Source: a virus | Reading direction: 5' to 3' (one strand) | DNA: 64,000 nt | Virus record (IMG/VR): IMGVR_UViG_3300048672_000152 | Span: 1 to 64,000 of that record | In this document: positions 11,614 through 23,100 of the stretch, one piece after another | Layout: every line of letters begins with the position of its first letter | Position numbering within the stretch: the stretch's first letter is position 1 | Program-made: the position numbers and the translations under genes | Notes under the pieces: generated by a model | What the model saw: only the letters and a program-made list of their open reading frames with translations | Database searches by the model: none | What the model was told of the DNA's origin: nothing

Positions 11614-12921
11614 TTATTTTACCCTAATTACACAATTATCTCCACCAACAACGACATCGTAAGCTTTCTTCATATTTACCTCAGCAGTCTCAGCATAGTC
11701 TTCTTGAACAACAACAGAATCGTGAATTGGTATTAGAATCCTGTCATCTTCAACAGCACGTTCCAACAGATAATCCATCAAACTGCTCTCGATATTCATC
11801 AGAAATGTAGCTTTCTTACTAAAGAAATAATCCATTAGATAAGCATTACGATCCATAAGCATATCCAACATTTTACGTATTACGGGAAAATCATTCCACA
11901 TTCCCTTTTCTTTTGCGTCATCAATCTTGGCTTGCATTCCAGAAGACTTCAGTTCACCGAGCGTTGCATAGTAAGCTGTATCAAAACTATCAGCGTTGAG
12001 CAAGCACATCAACCCTATCTTAGCTAGGTCTCTTAATACTTTAGGGCAGTAACCCTCAATTTCCACAGCATATACATCAAACTCTGGGGATAACTTTTGA
12101 CCAACCAGATCAGCAGCTATTCTAGGCCATAGTTGACTATAATCAAGCTCCACTGTAGGTAAGCCATTAATGTAAATCTCTCTACGATTTTGCTTGTTCA
12201 ACAACTCAGACACGTTAGAACCTGTCATAAAAATCCTACCTCCTTCTCTCAGTGATGAATTGTTATATATTTTCTTCACAGTAAAATAGAACTTGTTATC
12301 TTGAACGCTAACACTAGATTTGTCAAGAGAAGCATTGAAAGCATTTAGTACATCAACTAGGTGCTTTTCTTTTGGAGTCAAGCGTATACCTATGGGCCTT
12401 CCTTTCTCATCCCTAACTTCCAAGACACTCTCTACAGGTTTAAATTTACCACTTACTTCTGCTACCCGAGTAACGATACGTTCATCTAAGTACAGTATAC
12501 TTGACTTAAATGACTCAGGTACTGCTTTGAATTTATCTTTACCATTCTCATCAACATGGGAGAACTTGAGAACATAGTCTTCTGCACCACCTTTCTCAAT
12601 GATGGAGTTAGTAAAATTCTCTAAATAAGATAACACAATCTTCATGTTGGTGTAGCTAATCTTTCTCCCTGTGTTATTGCCATTATACACAGCAGGATTA
12701 GAATATGAACCCTCACTGAGAGTTAAGGTGATATATGGTTTACCTTTACTCACCATAGAAGCAGTATTGAGAATGATACAATAACAACATCTCTTTATGT
12801 CTGTCATTCTTTTAAGAGTAGCTTTCACATCTGTATTCTTAGTTAGATGGTCTATAACTTCTTTGTATAAGCTATCACCTATCTTACTAAGTTGCTTATT
12901 TAAGATATAATCTAATAACAT
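11614..12921 (-). CDS. compact family-A/T7-like polymerase-fold protein (copy 1)
   Basis: 435 aa. GGRIF, ELDYSQLWPR (motif A), RDLAK (motif B), MNIES, PIHDSVVV (motif C); no exonuclease domain. Confidence 0.75.
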   Translation of the reverse strand: MLLDYILNKQLSKIGDSLYKEVIDHLTKNTDVKATLKRMTDIKRCCYCIILNTASMVSKGKPYITLTLSEGSYSNPAVYNGNNTGRKISYTNMKIVLSYLENFTNSIIEKGGAEDYVLKFSHVDENGKDKFKAVPESFKSSILYLDERIVTRVAEVSGKFKPVESVLEVRDEKGRPIGIRLTPKEKHLVDVLNAFNASLDKSSVSVQDNKFYFTVKKIYNNSSLREGGRIFMTGSNVSELLNKQNRREIYINGLPTVELDYSQLWPRIAADLVGQKLSPEFDVYAVEIEGYCPKVLRDLAKIGLMCLLNADSFDTAYYATLGELKSSGMQAKIDDAKEKGMWNDFPVIRKMLDMLMDRNAYLMDYFFSKKATFLMNIESSLMDYLLERAVEDDRILIPIHDSVVVQEDYAETAEVNMKKAYDVVVGGDNCVIRVK

Positions 12922-13056
12922 TTAATCTCTAATACTCCTATAATAACTACTACAGTAAAGCCCCCTGTCGCTTCGCTCCAAGGGGTTGGGTTCCCCAATA
13001 GCAGGAATAACAGCTTAAACCTTAGTGTAGCAAGGCTTAAACCTATCATTTGCTCC

Positions 13057-13263
13057 CTATTTATACCTCACCAATACCTCAACTTCTAGCCCTACAAAGT
13101 CAGCTAACTCAAACAATTTATCATAGCTTACAGAATCAGTTTTCAACCACTGATTGACAGCCTGTCGTGTACATTGTTGATGCTTGGCTACATCAACTTG
13201 AGTGATACCTAAATCTTCCATAGCACTAATAATAGCGAACTGAATTTTATTCTTGTGTGTCAT
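13057..13263 (-). CDS. Cro/XRE-type HTH regulator
   Basis: GITQVDVAKHQQCTRQAVNQW helix-turn-helix pattern. Confidence 0.8.
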   Translation of the reverse strand: MTHKNKIQFAIISAMEDLGITQVDVAKHQQCTRQAVNQWLKTDSVSYDKLFELADFVGLEVEVLVRYK

Positions 13264-13558
13264 AACACCTCCTTTATGCTAGTAGTTTACCAGATGTTTC
13301 TGTATTGTCAAGCAAATAACTTAACCTATTACATACCTGTGTTCTGCCTCTCCACGAATTAAAGCCTTACCATACTTCCAAGACATACCTTCGACATCAG
13401 CATCACGACTAACTGACATCCGAACACCATTGAAATTAAACTTAACAAAAGCTAAATCCATACGCTGTGCTAAGTCTTTAGCTTCTGCAATAGCTTCTTC
13501 AATAGATGTACCAGCCAACACTTCCACTTCAATAGAAAAATTACTCATTACGTTCTCC

Positions 13559-14053
13559 TTATTTAGATTTTCTGTTCACTACGGCTTTACAAAACTCAAG
13601 TAGAGCTTCATCTGTTTCATCATTTTTCATTAGGTTGTACCACCAAACAACAACTCTGACGTTATCTTTAGTGTAACCCTTGCTATTATCAACTCTGTCT
13701 AGTGACGGAGCTAACTTGTTTGTTTTGTATTTTTCAGATGAACATTCGTAGCTGAAGGCTATTCCTGTAGCTTCACAGACTCCAGCGGTTAACTTGTCGA
13801 TTATAAAGTCTAAATCTAATTCAAAACCTGCGTTCGCTTTATTATTTCGCCTAGCACCTTTTAATAGATCCATTGCCTTACCTCTAACACTATTGTAATA
13901 GGCTTTAGCTCTCACTGAATCTTTATTTCTAGTGCATTCCTTACAAGTACGAGCATGGATTGCCACACCTTTATTGTTTGTATAGCAAAAGATAAACTCA
14001 TTGAGTTGTTTGTCAGTTTTGCACACCCTGCAAGTCCTCACTTGGGAAACCAT
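13559..14053 (-). CDS. putative HNH-type endonuclease
   Basis: CxxC...CxxC N-terminus; PSLDRVDNSKGYTKDNVRVV...N..K. Confidence 0.75.
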   Translation of the reverse strand: MVSQVRTCRVCKTDKQLNEFIFCYTNNKGVAIHARTCKECTRNKDSVRAKAYYNSVRGKAMDLLKGARRNNKANAGFELDLDFIIDKLTAGVCEATGIAFSYECSSEKYKTNKLAPSLDRVDNSKGYTKDNVRVVVWWYNLMKNDETDEALLEFCKAVVNRKSK

Positions 14054-14069
14054 TTACTAACCCTCATTC

Positions 14070-14180
14070 GTTTCGATGTAGAACATCTTACACATACATA
14101 TATAAGAAGTCAACAAGAATTTTAATGAAAATAAGTATTGACACGAACATCAGAACGTGTAAAATAGCTCTCATTGAAAC
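14070..14180. promoter_or_regulatory. divergent sigma70 promoter pair at the strand switch
   Basis: Minus strand TTGACT/TAAGAT; plus strand TTGACA(14138)/TAAAAT(14160); both followed by AT(C/T)GAAAC. Confidence 0.7.
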
Positions 14181-14520
14181 AACGGAGAAACACTATGAAT
14201 ATCGAATGTGCATGTGGAAGTTGTAATACAGATGTAGTGATCAGTTAACATGAATATGTATATAAAGGTTATGTGCTACAGGTTGAGAAGAAGCATACTG
14301 AATGTTGGGATTGTGGTCTTGAGTTTACCACACATTTTCAAACGAATTACAACGACTCTCAAGTAAGTATTGCAAAGTTCACAATTGAACAGTACATTTT
14401 AAACAACCCAGACGAATGATAGAGTGCTTCATTACTGAAGCAGTACGTTAGGGTGTCTTTAGGCAGATAAGTGCCTTGTAGACAGTCTCACAGCGTTTAA
14501 ATAGGGTTCACATAGGGGGA

Positions 14521-14712
14521 TTGAGTATGGTTAAGGTTGTTGGTCAAGATATGAGTATGTATTTAGAGGTTACTTGCAGAAATTGTGCAGGTGTGTTACA
14601 GTACACACGTTCAGAAGTGCAGAGTGGGATGCAGACAGATTACGGTGGCGGTAAAGAGTTGTATAAATTTATTACTTGTCCACAATGTAGTGATAAAGTT
14701 AGAGTTAAATAA
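14521..14712 (+). CDS. small zinc-ribbon protein
   Basis: CRNC...CPQC. Confidence 0.6.
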   Translation: MSMVKVVGQDMSMYLEVTCRNCAGVLQYTRSEVQSGMQTDYGGGKELYKFITCPQCSDKVRVK

Positions 14713-15934
14713 GGAAAATCATGAACTACTTACACCAACTAAATGTACTAGAAACTAAAGATGATCGTGATGTCGTAGCCACTGCGAGTATTGGTACATA
14801 CTACGTACATAAAAAGAATTGTTTAGCTGCTTTTCCATTCGGTGTAGCTGGTCATTACCACACAGGTAAAGAAGCATTTGATACTATGAGAAAGTTCTTG
14901 CATTCACGTAAGGATGCTGCTATCCTACGTGTAACTTTGATTGAGGAATAAGGAGAATAAAATGCAAATTTTAGAATTTTTAGAATATTCACAACAAGCT
15001 TGGCAGAAAGTAAAAGAATCTGATCAACATACTCTACATACACTACGTTATGGTCAAGCTTTATATCTTGTACTACCTGATGAGTTCTTTGAACATATTT
15101 ATCAAACAGATAAAGACTTCTTCTACTGGGGTAATGAACGTGCTGAAGAAATCGACCAAATTTGCTATGCTATGTGTGCAGATTATGAAGATATGTGGTA
15201 TTTAGGGGTGATACTATGATAGTTACAATCCTTATTGCAATAACTTTCATTTGTGGTATCATAATTACCGCCAGCAACAACATCAATAAACGTGCTACAT
15301 TCTTGGCTATCCTTGGGGTAACATTAGGACTGTTGTTAGGAATGATTAATACACCAGCCACTTTGCTATATGAAGAAGGTCAAAAGGCTGTCAAAGAATG
15401 TCAACAGCATATTGTTCAAGGTGAAGAATGTGTTATGGTAGTGACAGCAGTTATAATTTAAGAGGTATCTATGTTAAAACAAGCGATTATGTTGTTAGTG
15501 TTTGGTCTGTCAGCAGTGCAGACTGTAGTTCCAGCAGAGACAGCTAACAGAGAACTTGTTAAAGTGGTGGATAAACCATTGAGAATGAAATTCCTAGCAG
15601 AATGTAAGGCTATGAAACAAAAGAATTGCCATTATAAAGCCTTTGAATTATCTGTAAGATTACAGGAAAAGCAATGAGCGAATTAACACAAAGAGATAGC
15701 ACATTAATCAATACATTCTACAATGCTTTGATTCAAGAAGCTGGTAAAAATGGTATTCCTGTTCGTAGTGCTGGCTTCAATGAAGAACGCGATAATGACT
15801 ACCTATTATGGTTAGTGGTGTATCGCTTTCAGATGGGGATGTCTATGTTTGAATTGTTTATCAACACAAAGATGTCTGAAGATAGCGGATTACGTTATGG
15901 TTGGAATCGTACAGGAATGTTTTAAGGAGATCAC

Positions 15935-16330
15935 ATGAAAAAGAATAAACTAATTGAATTGTTACAAGCTATTGATGGTAATCCAGAAATCTATTTGTGG
16001 AATGGCTTTGTTGAAGATTGGGTAGATATTAGCCCCGATTTCGTGGAAAATTATTTGGTTAAAGAATCTGTAGAACACAAACTCAATTGTTTGAAAATGG
16101 AGTGGTGTAGAAATAATAACACCTTTGAAATTCCTGATGACGTATTGGCTTCTCTAAGTGAATATGCTAATCAATTAGCAGCTAAAGAGAAATGGGATTT
16201 CCCTAATCGTTACGTAGAAGATAAAGATTTCAAGATGTGGTACGGTAAATCTAAGAAACGCATTATCTTGATTGATGCTAAACGTAAAGGTACTTCGTAT
16301 TCTGATCGACAAGGTACTATGAACTATTAA
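15935..16330 (+). CDS. hypothetical protein
   Basis: 131-aa ORF with AAGGAG RBS. Confidence 0.6.
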   Translation: MKKNKLIELLQAIDGNPEIYLWNGFVEDWVDISPDFVENYLVKESVEHKLNCLKMEWCRNNNTFEIPDDVLASLSEYANQLAAKEKWDFPNRYVEDKDFKMWYGKSKKRIILIDAKRKGTSYSDRQGTMNY

Positions 16331-16856
16331 AATATTCGTTGACATGGAATATGAATATCTGTAGAATTAGCCTTATTGAAACAGAGGAGAGAAATTATGA
16401 CTAAGAAAATTGGGGTATTGGTTAGTACAGGTTTTGGGGCAGGTTGGTCAACATGGAACAACCCAGAATGTGCTTTAGATCAAGAACTTGTAGCAGCAAT
16501 CGAAGCTAATTTACCTGCTGAACAAATCACAGCTATTGCAAAACGTAATTGGCCGAATGCTTATTTAGGCGGTCTATTGGATTGTGATGTGAAGTGGGTG
16601 GATGAAGGTACTGCATTTCGCATTGAAGAATACGATGGTGCTGAATCTATTCATTTTCCAGATAGCTACAATTGGCAGATTGCAAAATGAACCAGAAGAA
16701 CACAATTAAATATATTCATGAAGTAGTCGGAGAGTTGTATCTTGACAAGAACTCTGCTATCATTGAGCTTATGAAAGAAGATAAGAAGAAGGCTGATAGC
16801 ATCTTGCAGACTTTGTTCTATAATTGTTATGGTAGATATACGCAGGAGAAACTAAA

Positions 16857-17984
16857 TTGACTAAATATGTAACTAACTTTGCTCGTACATGCTTCGACCA
16901 TTGGAGTGCATCAAAAGCTGTATCTGAATATGTTCAGAACTGGTTAGACAGTGATGGTGAACGTGAATATTCTTTCACTGACACTGGCATTGTACTTACT
17001 AACAAGAACATCAAAGTCAGTAATAAACTACTGATGATGGGTAAGTCTGATAAACGTAATGACCCTAGTAAACGTGGCAGATTTGGCGTAGGTTCGCTTC
17101 AGTCAATGGTGGTGCTGATTGACCTTGGAGCTACTGTTGTGATCGAGAACAATGATGTGGTTTGGACTCCAGTGTGGGAATATTCAGACCAATATCAAGA
17201 TGACATCATGGTAATTATTGAGACAACTAAACGACGTCCAAACAATAACTTCTCTGTAATCATTGATGGATTGGATAGTGAAACATTAGATGAGATTAAG
17301 ATCCGTTGTCTAGCATTCCAAAATCGTGAAGTATTACATAGTACAAAGTATGGTGACTTGATTGAAACAGTAAATGGTGATACAGGGGAGATTTACGTAG
17401 GTGATTTGTACGTATGTCAGAATGCAAGCTTCAGTTATTGTTACAACTTTAAACCTGAGTTTGTTAAGCTTTGTCAAGATCGTAACCTAGTGTCACAATG
17501 GGATTTACAAGAGTTGACAAGTAAGCTTATCATTGCTACAAATGATGTGGAGTTGATTAAAGAATCAATTACTTTAGCTACCCTAGATACACGCAACTGT
17601 AATATGTATTGGGATAGTACACAACGTACTTCACCTGAAGTAGATAATGCTTTAGCTACAGAGTTTTTAAATGAACATGGTAATGCTTTTGTCACTAATG
17701 ATATTCACACATTCCAAGAGATGACAAAGCTTGGTAATAAGGTGGCGTTAGTACAAACAGAAACATTATATAAAGCCATCACTCGTAGTAGTGTGTATAA
17801 AGAAGCGATTGAAGGTGTAGAAGAAATTGTTAAAGAATCTTTTGCTGATTTAGCTAATAAAGTTCTTGACGAGTTAGAATATATGGTGCAAAATGGTGAA
17901 ACTCTAACTAAGACATATCATAAAGATTTGATTGTTAATTTAGAGTTGTTACGTGAACGTATTGATAATGAAGATTACAACTAA
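16857..17984 (+). CDS. GHKL/HATPase-fold ATPase
   Basis: N-box EYVQNWLDSD and G-boxes MGKSDK and GRFGVG. Confidence 0.7.
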   Translation: MTKYVTNFARTCFDHWSASKAVSEYVQNWLDSDGEREYSFTDTGIVLTNKNIKVSNKLLMMGKSDKRNDPSKRGRFGVGSLQSMVVLIDLGATVVIENNDVVWTPVWEYSDQYQDDIMVIIETTKRRPNNNFSVIIDGLDSETLDEIKIRCLAFQNREVLHSTKYGDLIETVNGDTGEIYVGDLYVCQNASFSYCYNFKPEFVKLCQDRNLVSQWDLQELTSKLIIATNDVELIKESITLATLDTRNCNMYWDSTQRTSPEVDNALATEFLNEHGNAFVTNDIHTFQEMTKLGNKVALVQTETLYKAITRSSVYKEAIEGVEEIVKESFADLANKVLDELEYMVQNGETLTKTYHKDLIVNLELLRERIDNEDYN

Positions 17985-18005
17985 AGTTGTGAATAAGGAG
18001 ATACA

Positions 18006-18446
18006 ATGGCAAAACTAAGTGAACGTGTTACAAACAATAGTATTAGTGATTACATGCTGACGGGCAGTCTAGCGGATACATCATTAAGAGTTGAGGTAAC
18101 ACCAAATGTACCAGTAAATAATGTAAATTGCACAGTTAAATTAAACAACACAGGAGAAACAAAAATGGGTATTCGTAAAGTATCATTAACACTGATTGAC
18201 AATGACAATAATCTAAAAGGTGCTGAGAAGATTGTATTTGAACAATCTGTAGTAACAGAGCATGACAATGATAAGACAATCCAACAAGTGCTTATCACAG
18301 GTGATGTATCTACAGCATTAGATAAACACAATAAGAAACGTGAAGCTACAGTAGACAAAGCTGTATTACGTAGCACAGGAACTCAAGTGTTCTTAGAACC
18401 TGTAGAAATCTTTGAGCTACAATGGCAAGTGGTGCAAATTGGTTAA
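18006..18446 (+). CDS. hypothetical protein
   Basis: 146-aa ORF with AAGGAG RBS. Confidence 0.6.
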   Translation: MAKLSERVTNNSISDYMLTGSLADTSLRVEVTPNVPVNNVNCTVKLNNTGETKMGIRKVSLTLIDNDNNLKGAEKIVFEQSVVTEHDNDKTIQQVLITGDVSTALDKHNKKREATVDKAVLRSTGTQVFLEPVEIFELQWQVVQIG

Positions 18447-18529
18447 TACCAATAGCATTTAAACGCTGTGGGAGAGGCGTAGAGTGATTATCTATACTCT
18501 ACCTATGTGAATGTATTGCTTAATGTATT

Positions 18530-18553
18530 AGCCCCGCTTTGCGGGGCTTTTTT
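18530..18553 (+). terminator. intrinsic terminator
   Basis: agccccgc-ttt-gcggggct followed by a T-tract. Confidence 0.8.
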
Positions 18554-18576
18554 GTATAACGTTAAAGAGGGACTAA

Positions 18577-19734
18577 ATGAAGAAATGTATTAGATGTGGT
18601 GAGATAAAACCTTTTGAGGATTACTTTAAATGTAGTCGCATTAAAGATGGGTATATGGGTTATTGTAGAGTCTGCCACAATAAGAACAACAAGGGTGTTA
18701 AACAGGTATTGTATAGCGAAGTTGTTGCCGGAAACGCTTACAAGAATACTCTAGGTGAGGAATTTACGGTTACTTCAATTAGTGGTAAAACTGCTTATGT
18801 TTATTTCAATGAGTTATTACATGGGTCTACCGGTATTGACAAGGTAAGGATAGGAAAAGTATTCACAAACAGTAGGACAGGGGATATACGTAACAAAGTA
18901 AGTAAAGGTCAGGTCATAGGAAACTTAACAATCTTAGAAGACATGCAGGGTAAAAACTCTAAGGTCAATACTCTGTGTAAATGCGGGAATCAATCTTTAG
19001 TAAGAATGGATTATTTAATAAGCGGAGGTATCAGTTGTGGTTGTATTCTCAAGGAAGATAGTCTCACTGTCTCTAACTTTAAGGAAAGCATGTCTAAGTG
19101 GAATCCTACAACACACCGGATAGATGTGAAGAAGTTACCTATATTCAAACTAAACCCTGAAGGGGAAGGTTGTCATATTGATGGATGGACTTATGTTGAT
19201 GACTATATTTATAACAGCCTGAGCAAATGTATGTTGACTAGAAACATCTACGTATTCGTAGGATTGAGTAAAATTAACTCTGATGCGCTTGGTATTAAGT
19301 ATACCTATGGTCACAAAAGAATACCATTACACTCTTGGGTGAAAGCTATGCCTACCGGAGTTAAAAACTTAGTCACTGACCATAAAAACGGCTGTAAGTT
19401 AGACAACAGGATGTGTAATTTAAGGATTGCAGATTCATCACAAAACTCAGCTAACTCTAAAGCTAACAGTGGTACAGGATACAAAGGAGTGACTCAACTT
19501 GCGGACGGTAAGAAAGGTACGCCTATTAAAAATGTTTTGGCGCAAGGTTGGATACCTCTACAAAATAAGCACAAATTCCTTGGCAAGTATTACACAGTAG
19601 AGGAAGCAGCTAAAGCTATAGACATTTGGAATATCCAAAACTATGGAGAGTTTGTTAGGTTGAATTTTAAAAGAAGTATTTATGAGGAGATGGGATTACT
19701 CCCTAAGACAGAAAAGAAATACAAACTCCCATAA
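18577..19734 (+). CDS. HNH homing endonuclease with AP2-like C-terminus
   Basis: DHKNGCKLDNRMCNLR; GYKGV...FLGKYYTVEEAAKA. Confidence 0.85.
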   Translation: MKKCIRCGEIKPFEDYFKCSRIKDGYMGYCRVCHNKNNKGVKQVLYSEVVAGNAYKNTLGEEFTVTSISGKTAYVYFNELLHGSTGIDKVRIGKVFTNSRTGDIRNKVSKGQVIGNLTILEDMQGKNSKVNTLCKCGNQSLVRMDYLISGGISCGCILKEDSLTVSNFKESMSKWNPTTHRIDVKKLPIFKLNPEGEGCHIDGWTYVDDYIYNSLSKCMLTRNIYVFVGLSKINSDALGIKYTYGHKRIPLHSWVKAMPTGVKNLVTDHKNGCKLDNRMCNLRIADSSQNSANSKANSGTGYKGVTQLADGKKGTPIKNVLAQGWIPLQNKHKFLGKYYTVEEAAKAIDIWNIQNYGEFVRLNFKRSIYEEMGLLPKTEKKYKLP

Positions 19735-19987
19735 AGTTAGGGGCAGGGTGAATAAAGTATCCCTGCAACACATAGATAAATATGAAAATCTGCCCCTTGT
19801 CAACTTGCGATATACCCACAACATACGTAAATTTTTTGTAGATAAATCAAAAACTTAGAATCCAGTTCAATCGACCCTTCAATGGCAACATACGCACTCT
19901 CCAGACTCCGCAGCTTGCGCTGCCCCCTCGCTTCGCTCGTCAACCAGCTACACTCCGAAATTTTTACCGGATACAAAATTCATAGAG

Positions 19988-20035
19988 AAAATAAAATTCA
20001 TATATGAGCAATTGCTCATATATGAATTTTATTTT
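19988..20035. repeat. 48-bp perfect palindrome
   Basis: AAAATAAAATTCATATATGAGCAA|TTGCTCATATATGAATTTTATTTT, checked base by base. Confidence 0.95.
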
Positions 20036-20197
20036 GCTTTACCTAGTTGACAGGCTGTCTGTTATCTGGTAATTGCGCATGATATTATATAAGGTAAAAT
20101 AACGTATAAAAATAATTGATAAATTTTAATAAATACGCTTGCAATTAATTTTAAATGGTATACGATTGTATCAAGTTTAGCGGATAAGGTTTAACTA

Positions 20198-23100
20198 ATG
20201 AAAACCCAAGTAATTATACAAGTTTTTGGAACTTGCACCGATACGAGGATTAGCGGTAAAGGTTTACCAACTGGCATGAAAGCATTTATTGAAGGTAGTG
20301 GGTATAAAAACGGCTATAAAGTTTATATGGATAATAACACAAGATCTTGCCAGTGTTATATCAAGATTAAGGGTAAAAAGTATGCTTTAATTAATGACCT
20401 AAACTTTGGAGTTTCCAGCCCATACCGTCTAATAAATTTAGTTGGCTGGTATATTGAAAAGTAGTTGACAACACAAAGCGCTTGCGATAGTGTAAGCGCT
20501 CAATTCTTTCAAACAATGTAAGGATAGCAAGGCAAGCTTGCGTCCTTCTCTTAAACTCGAAGGTTTTAAAATGAACTACTTTACAAAACAAGCAAACCAA
20601 CTTGCGAAGCTTGCGCTATTACAAAAAGATCCTGTATTGTGGGATCTTGCTAAATGCAACCTAATCAAAGCTTTTGAACTGAAAGGAACTAAAACAGCAT
20701 GATAAGCAATTTTCATCTTGACCAACTGGCAAAAGCCTGTCACAATTCAGGAATGAGTAGAGACCATTTTTTATCTAGTGTAAAAAATGTTCTCGATAGT
20801 GTTGATAGTGGCGGCATTTGCTGCAAGGATTATTGGCAGAATTACAACACAATCGCAGTAGTAAAAAAGGATAAATACTTTGGTCTGTCGTTTGAATTTG
20901 TAACATTAAAATAGGGAGTAAAAGATCATGCAAAATAGAATCGAATTAATCAAAAAATTAGCTTGCAAAGTGCAAGCGGATCAACTAAAGTTAGCAGGTA
21001 TTGAAAGACAGGCTGTTATGCTGGCAGATCTTGAGTATGTTACTATTAAAAAGTCAGTAACAGAAAATAACGAATTAAATTTTAACTAATCACAGAAAAG
21101 GTTTATATCATGGTAGAATTAACGATGTTTAAAGTTGGAGATAAAGTTAAAAACCGATTTAATGACAATAAAACTGGTACTGTTTTAGGTTATGATGGAT
21201 GTCTGTTAATGGTGGAGATTGCAGGTAGACCTTATGAATTCTACGCGGTGAACTTCAACTGGTGCGTGCCTAGTGATTGGATCTTGGCTTAAATAATTTA
21301 AGGGTTTTAAAATGAAATACTCAAAAGATGATCTTACACGTGTTAACAATGACGTAAACGGCAATCCGCGTTATGTAATACACTTTTTAGCCTTGCTAAC
21401 TGATGCTGAAAAAGACTACAACGGGCTAACTTTAGATAGCCGCTATAGCGTAGCAATCGCAAGAGCTAAAAAGCTTTTCAGTGGAAAGAAGTTTCATAAC
21501 AAGCAATATGGGGGCGGTATTGTTTTCCAGTCTTATAACGTCGAAGTTGAATTATCATTAATTAATGCAATTAATAGTTGATCTTTATATTCTAGCCGTT
21601 TACTATAGCGGCTATTGATAAATGTCAATCGCCAATAGTGGCAAACTTTTAAATAAGGTAATATATGAAAACTTTTAACTTTCCTTCTCGTGCTGTTTTC
21701 ACTCAATTGCTGTTAGATAATGCCGACTCAAGCGGCTACGGTATTGATCTGGATAATGCCAGCGATGCAGACAAAAAAGCATTTTTAAAGAGTACAATTT
21801 TATCAGAAGTCGGATGGATGTTAGAAAAACACACTAGCTTCGATATGGCAGATCATTGGCTGAAAGGCTTGGCCTCAGCTTGCACAATTCCTTTTTATAA
21901 CGGGCAAATTCTGGATTGGCTAGAATCAAACAATACACAAATTATCAACGGCAAAGAAGATCTCGCAGTAGATAAGTATTGGCGGCAAGCGGCTTTTGCA
22001 ATGGCTGCAATTGTTGATAATAAGAAATAAATACCAGTTGACAAAATAGCGGGAGTCTTGATAAAGTACCCGCTCAATTTAAACAAAGCTAAAAGGGTTT
22101 AAAAATGAAAATAGGCAATAAGATTACAAAGACACAAGCGATCAAAGCTTTAAACAACGGTCAATTCGTTGGTGCTATCGCTAGTAAACTGAACCCAATG
22201 GCATTTAATAATGCCTTCGTTGTTGTGTTACATAAAGACTACATAGGCAATAATGCACTGTCGGAAAGCTGGATCAATCAATTTAAATACTACAACTGCA
22301 ACAAAGAATCTGGACAAGGGATTAGTTTTTATGAAGTGTCGGAGTTCTAATCATGGCTAAAACATATCGTTGGGATGATAAACAAGATCCCCGTAAAACA
22401 ACACAAAAGGCTAAGCAAGATGTAAAACAGCAAGGCCGGATCAATAAGCAATTTTTGCGGAGTATTAACACTGGGAGTGTTACAGAATGAAATTATTCGA
22501 TCATACGCTAGACGGTTGGGCTAGTAATAACGATATAGAAAGAACAGTTCGTTTTATTTCTGAATACGCTGAAGAAGTAGCGACAGAACAAAACAAGCCC
22601 TTAAATTCTCGATTGTTTAAAGTGTACAAAGAACAAAAGATCAATGTATGGTATGACTTTGGTGCGGATTATTTTTACTTCGAGGATGTAACAGAATGAA
22701 AACTTTCAAAATTTGTAAAAACGGATTTATTAAATTTTTTGACGGAAAAGAAGTACATTTATTTTTTTATAATCCGAAAATAGAACACGACTTAATAGCA
22801 GAAGGTGTAAAACAAGTATATTGATCTACTAACAAAACAGCCAATTAAACGCAATATAAGCCCCGATAAGGGGCTTTGTTGTTTATAGCTATCCAACGCC
22901 ATACCCTCAGAATTACATACGCTCAAAAGCCCTTGTAAGGGCTTTAAATGCTGATAAAAATAATTGATAAATTTTATAAATAGCTGTTGACAAGATAAAA
23001 CCAGATAACTAGAATTAGCGCTATACCTTGCAATGGTGCAATGGATAGAGAAGGGCTTTAAAAATGCAAAACTTAAAAAACCGTATTGCTTGCGAAAAAA

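Noticed and set aside
11614-12921. One half of an N4-type heterodimeric RNA polymerase, or a reverse transcriptase
   Set aside because: Both paralogs carry the same full motif set rather than complementary halves, and there is no YxDD motif.
19988-20035. Protelomerase telRL site of a linear plasmid prophage
   Set aside because: No protelomerase, partition or repressor module is visible and gene content is lytic; kept only as an unexplained palindrome.
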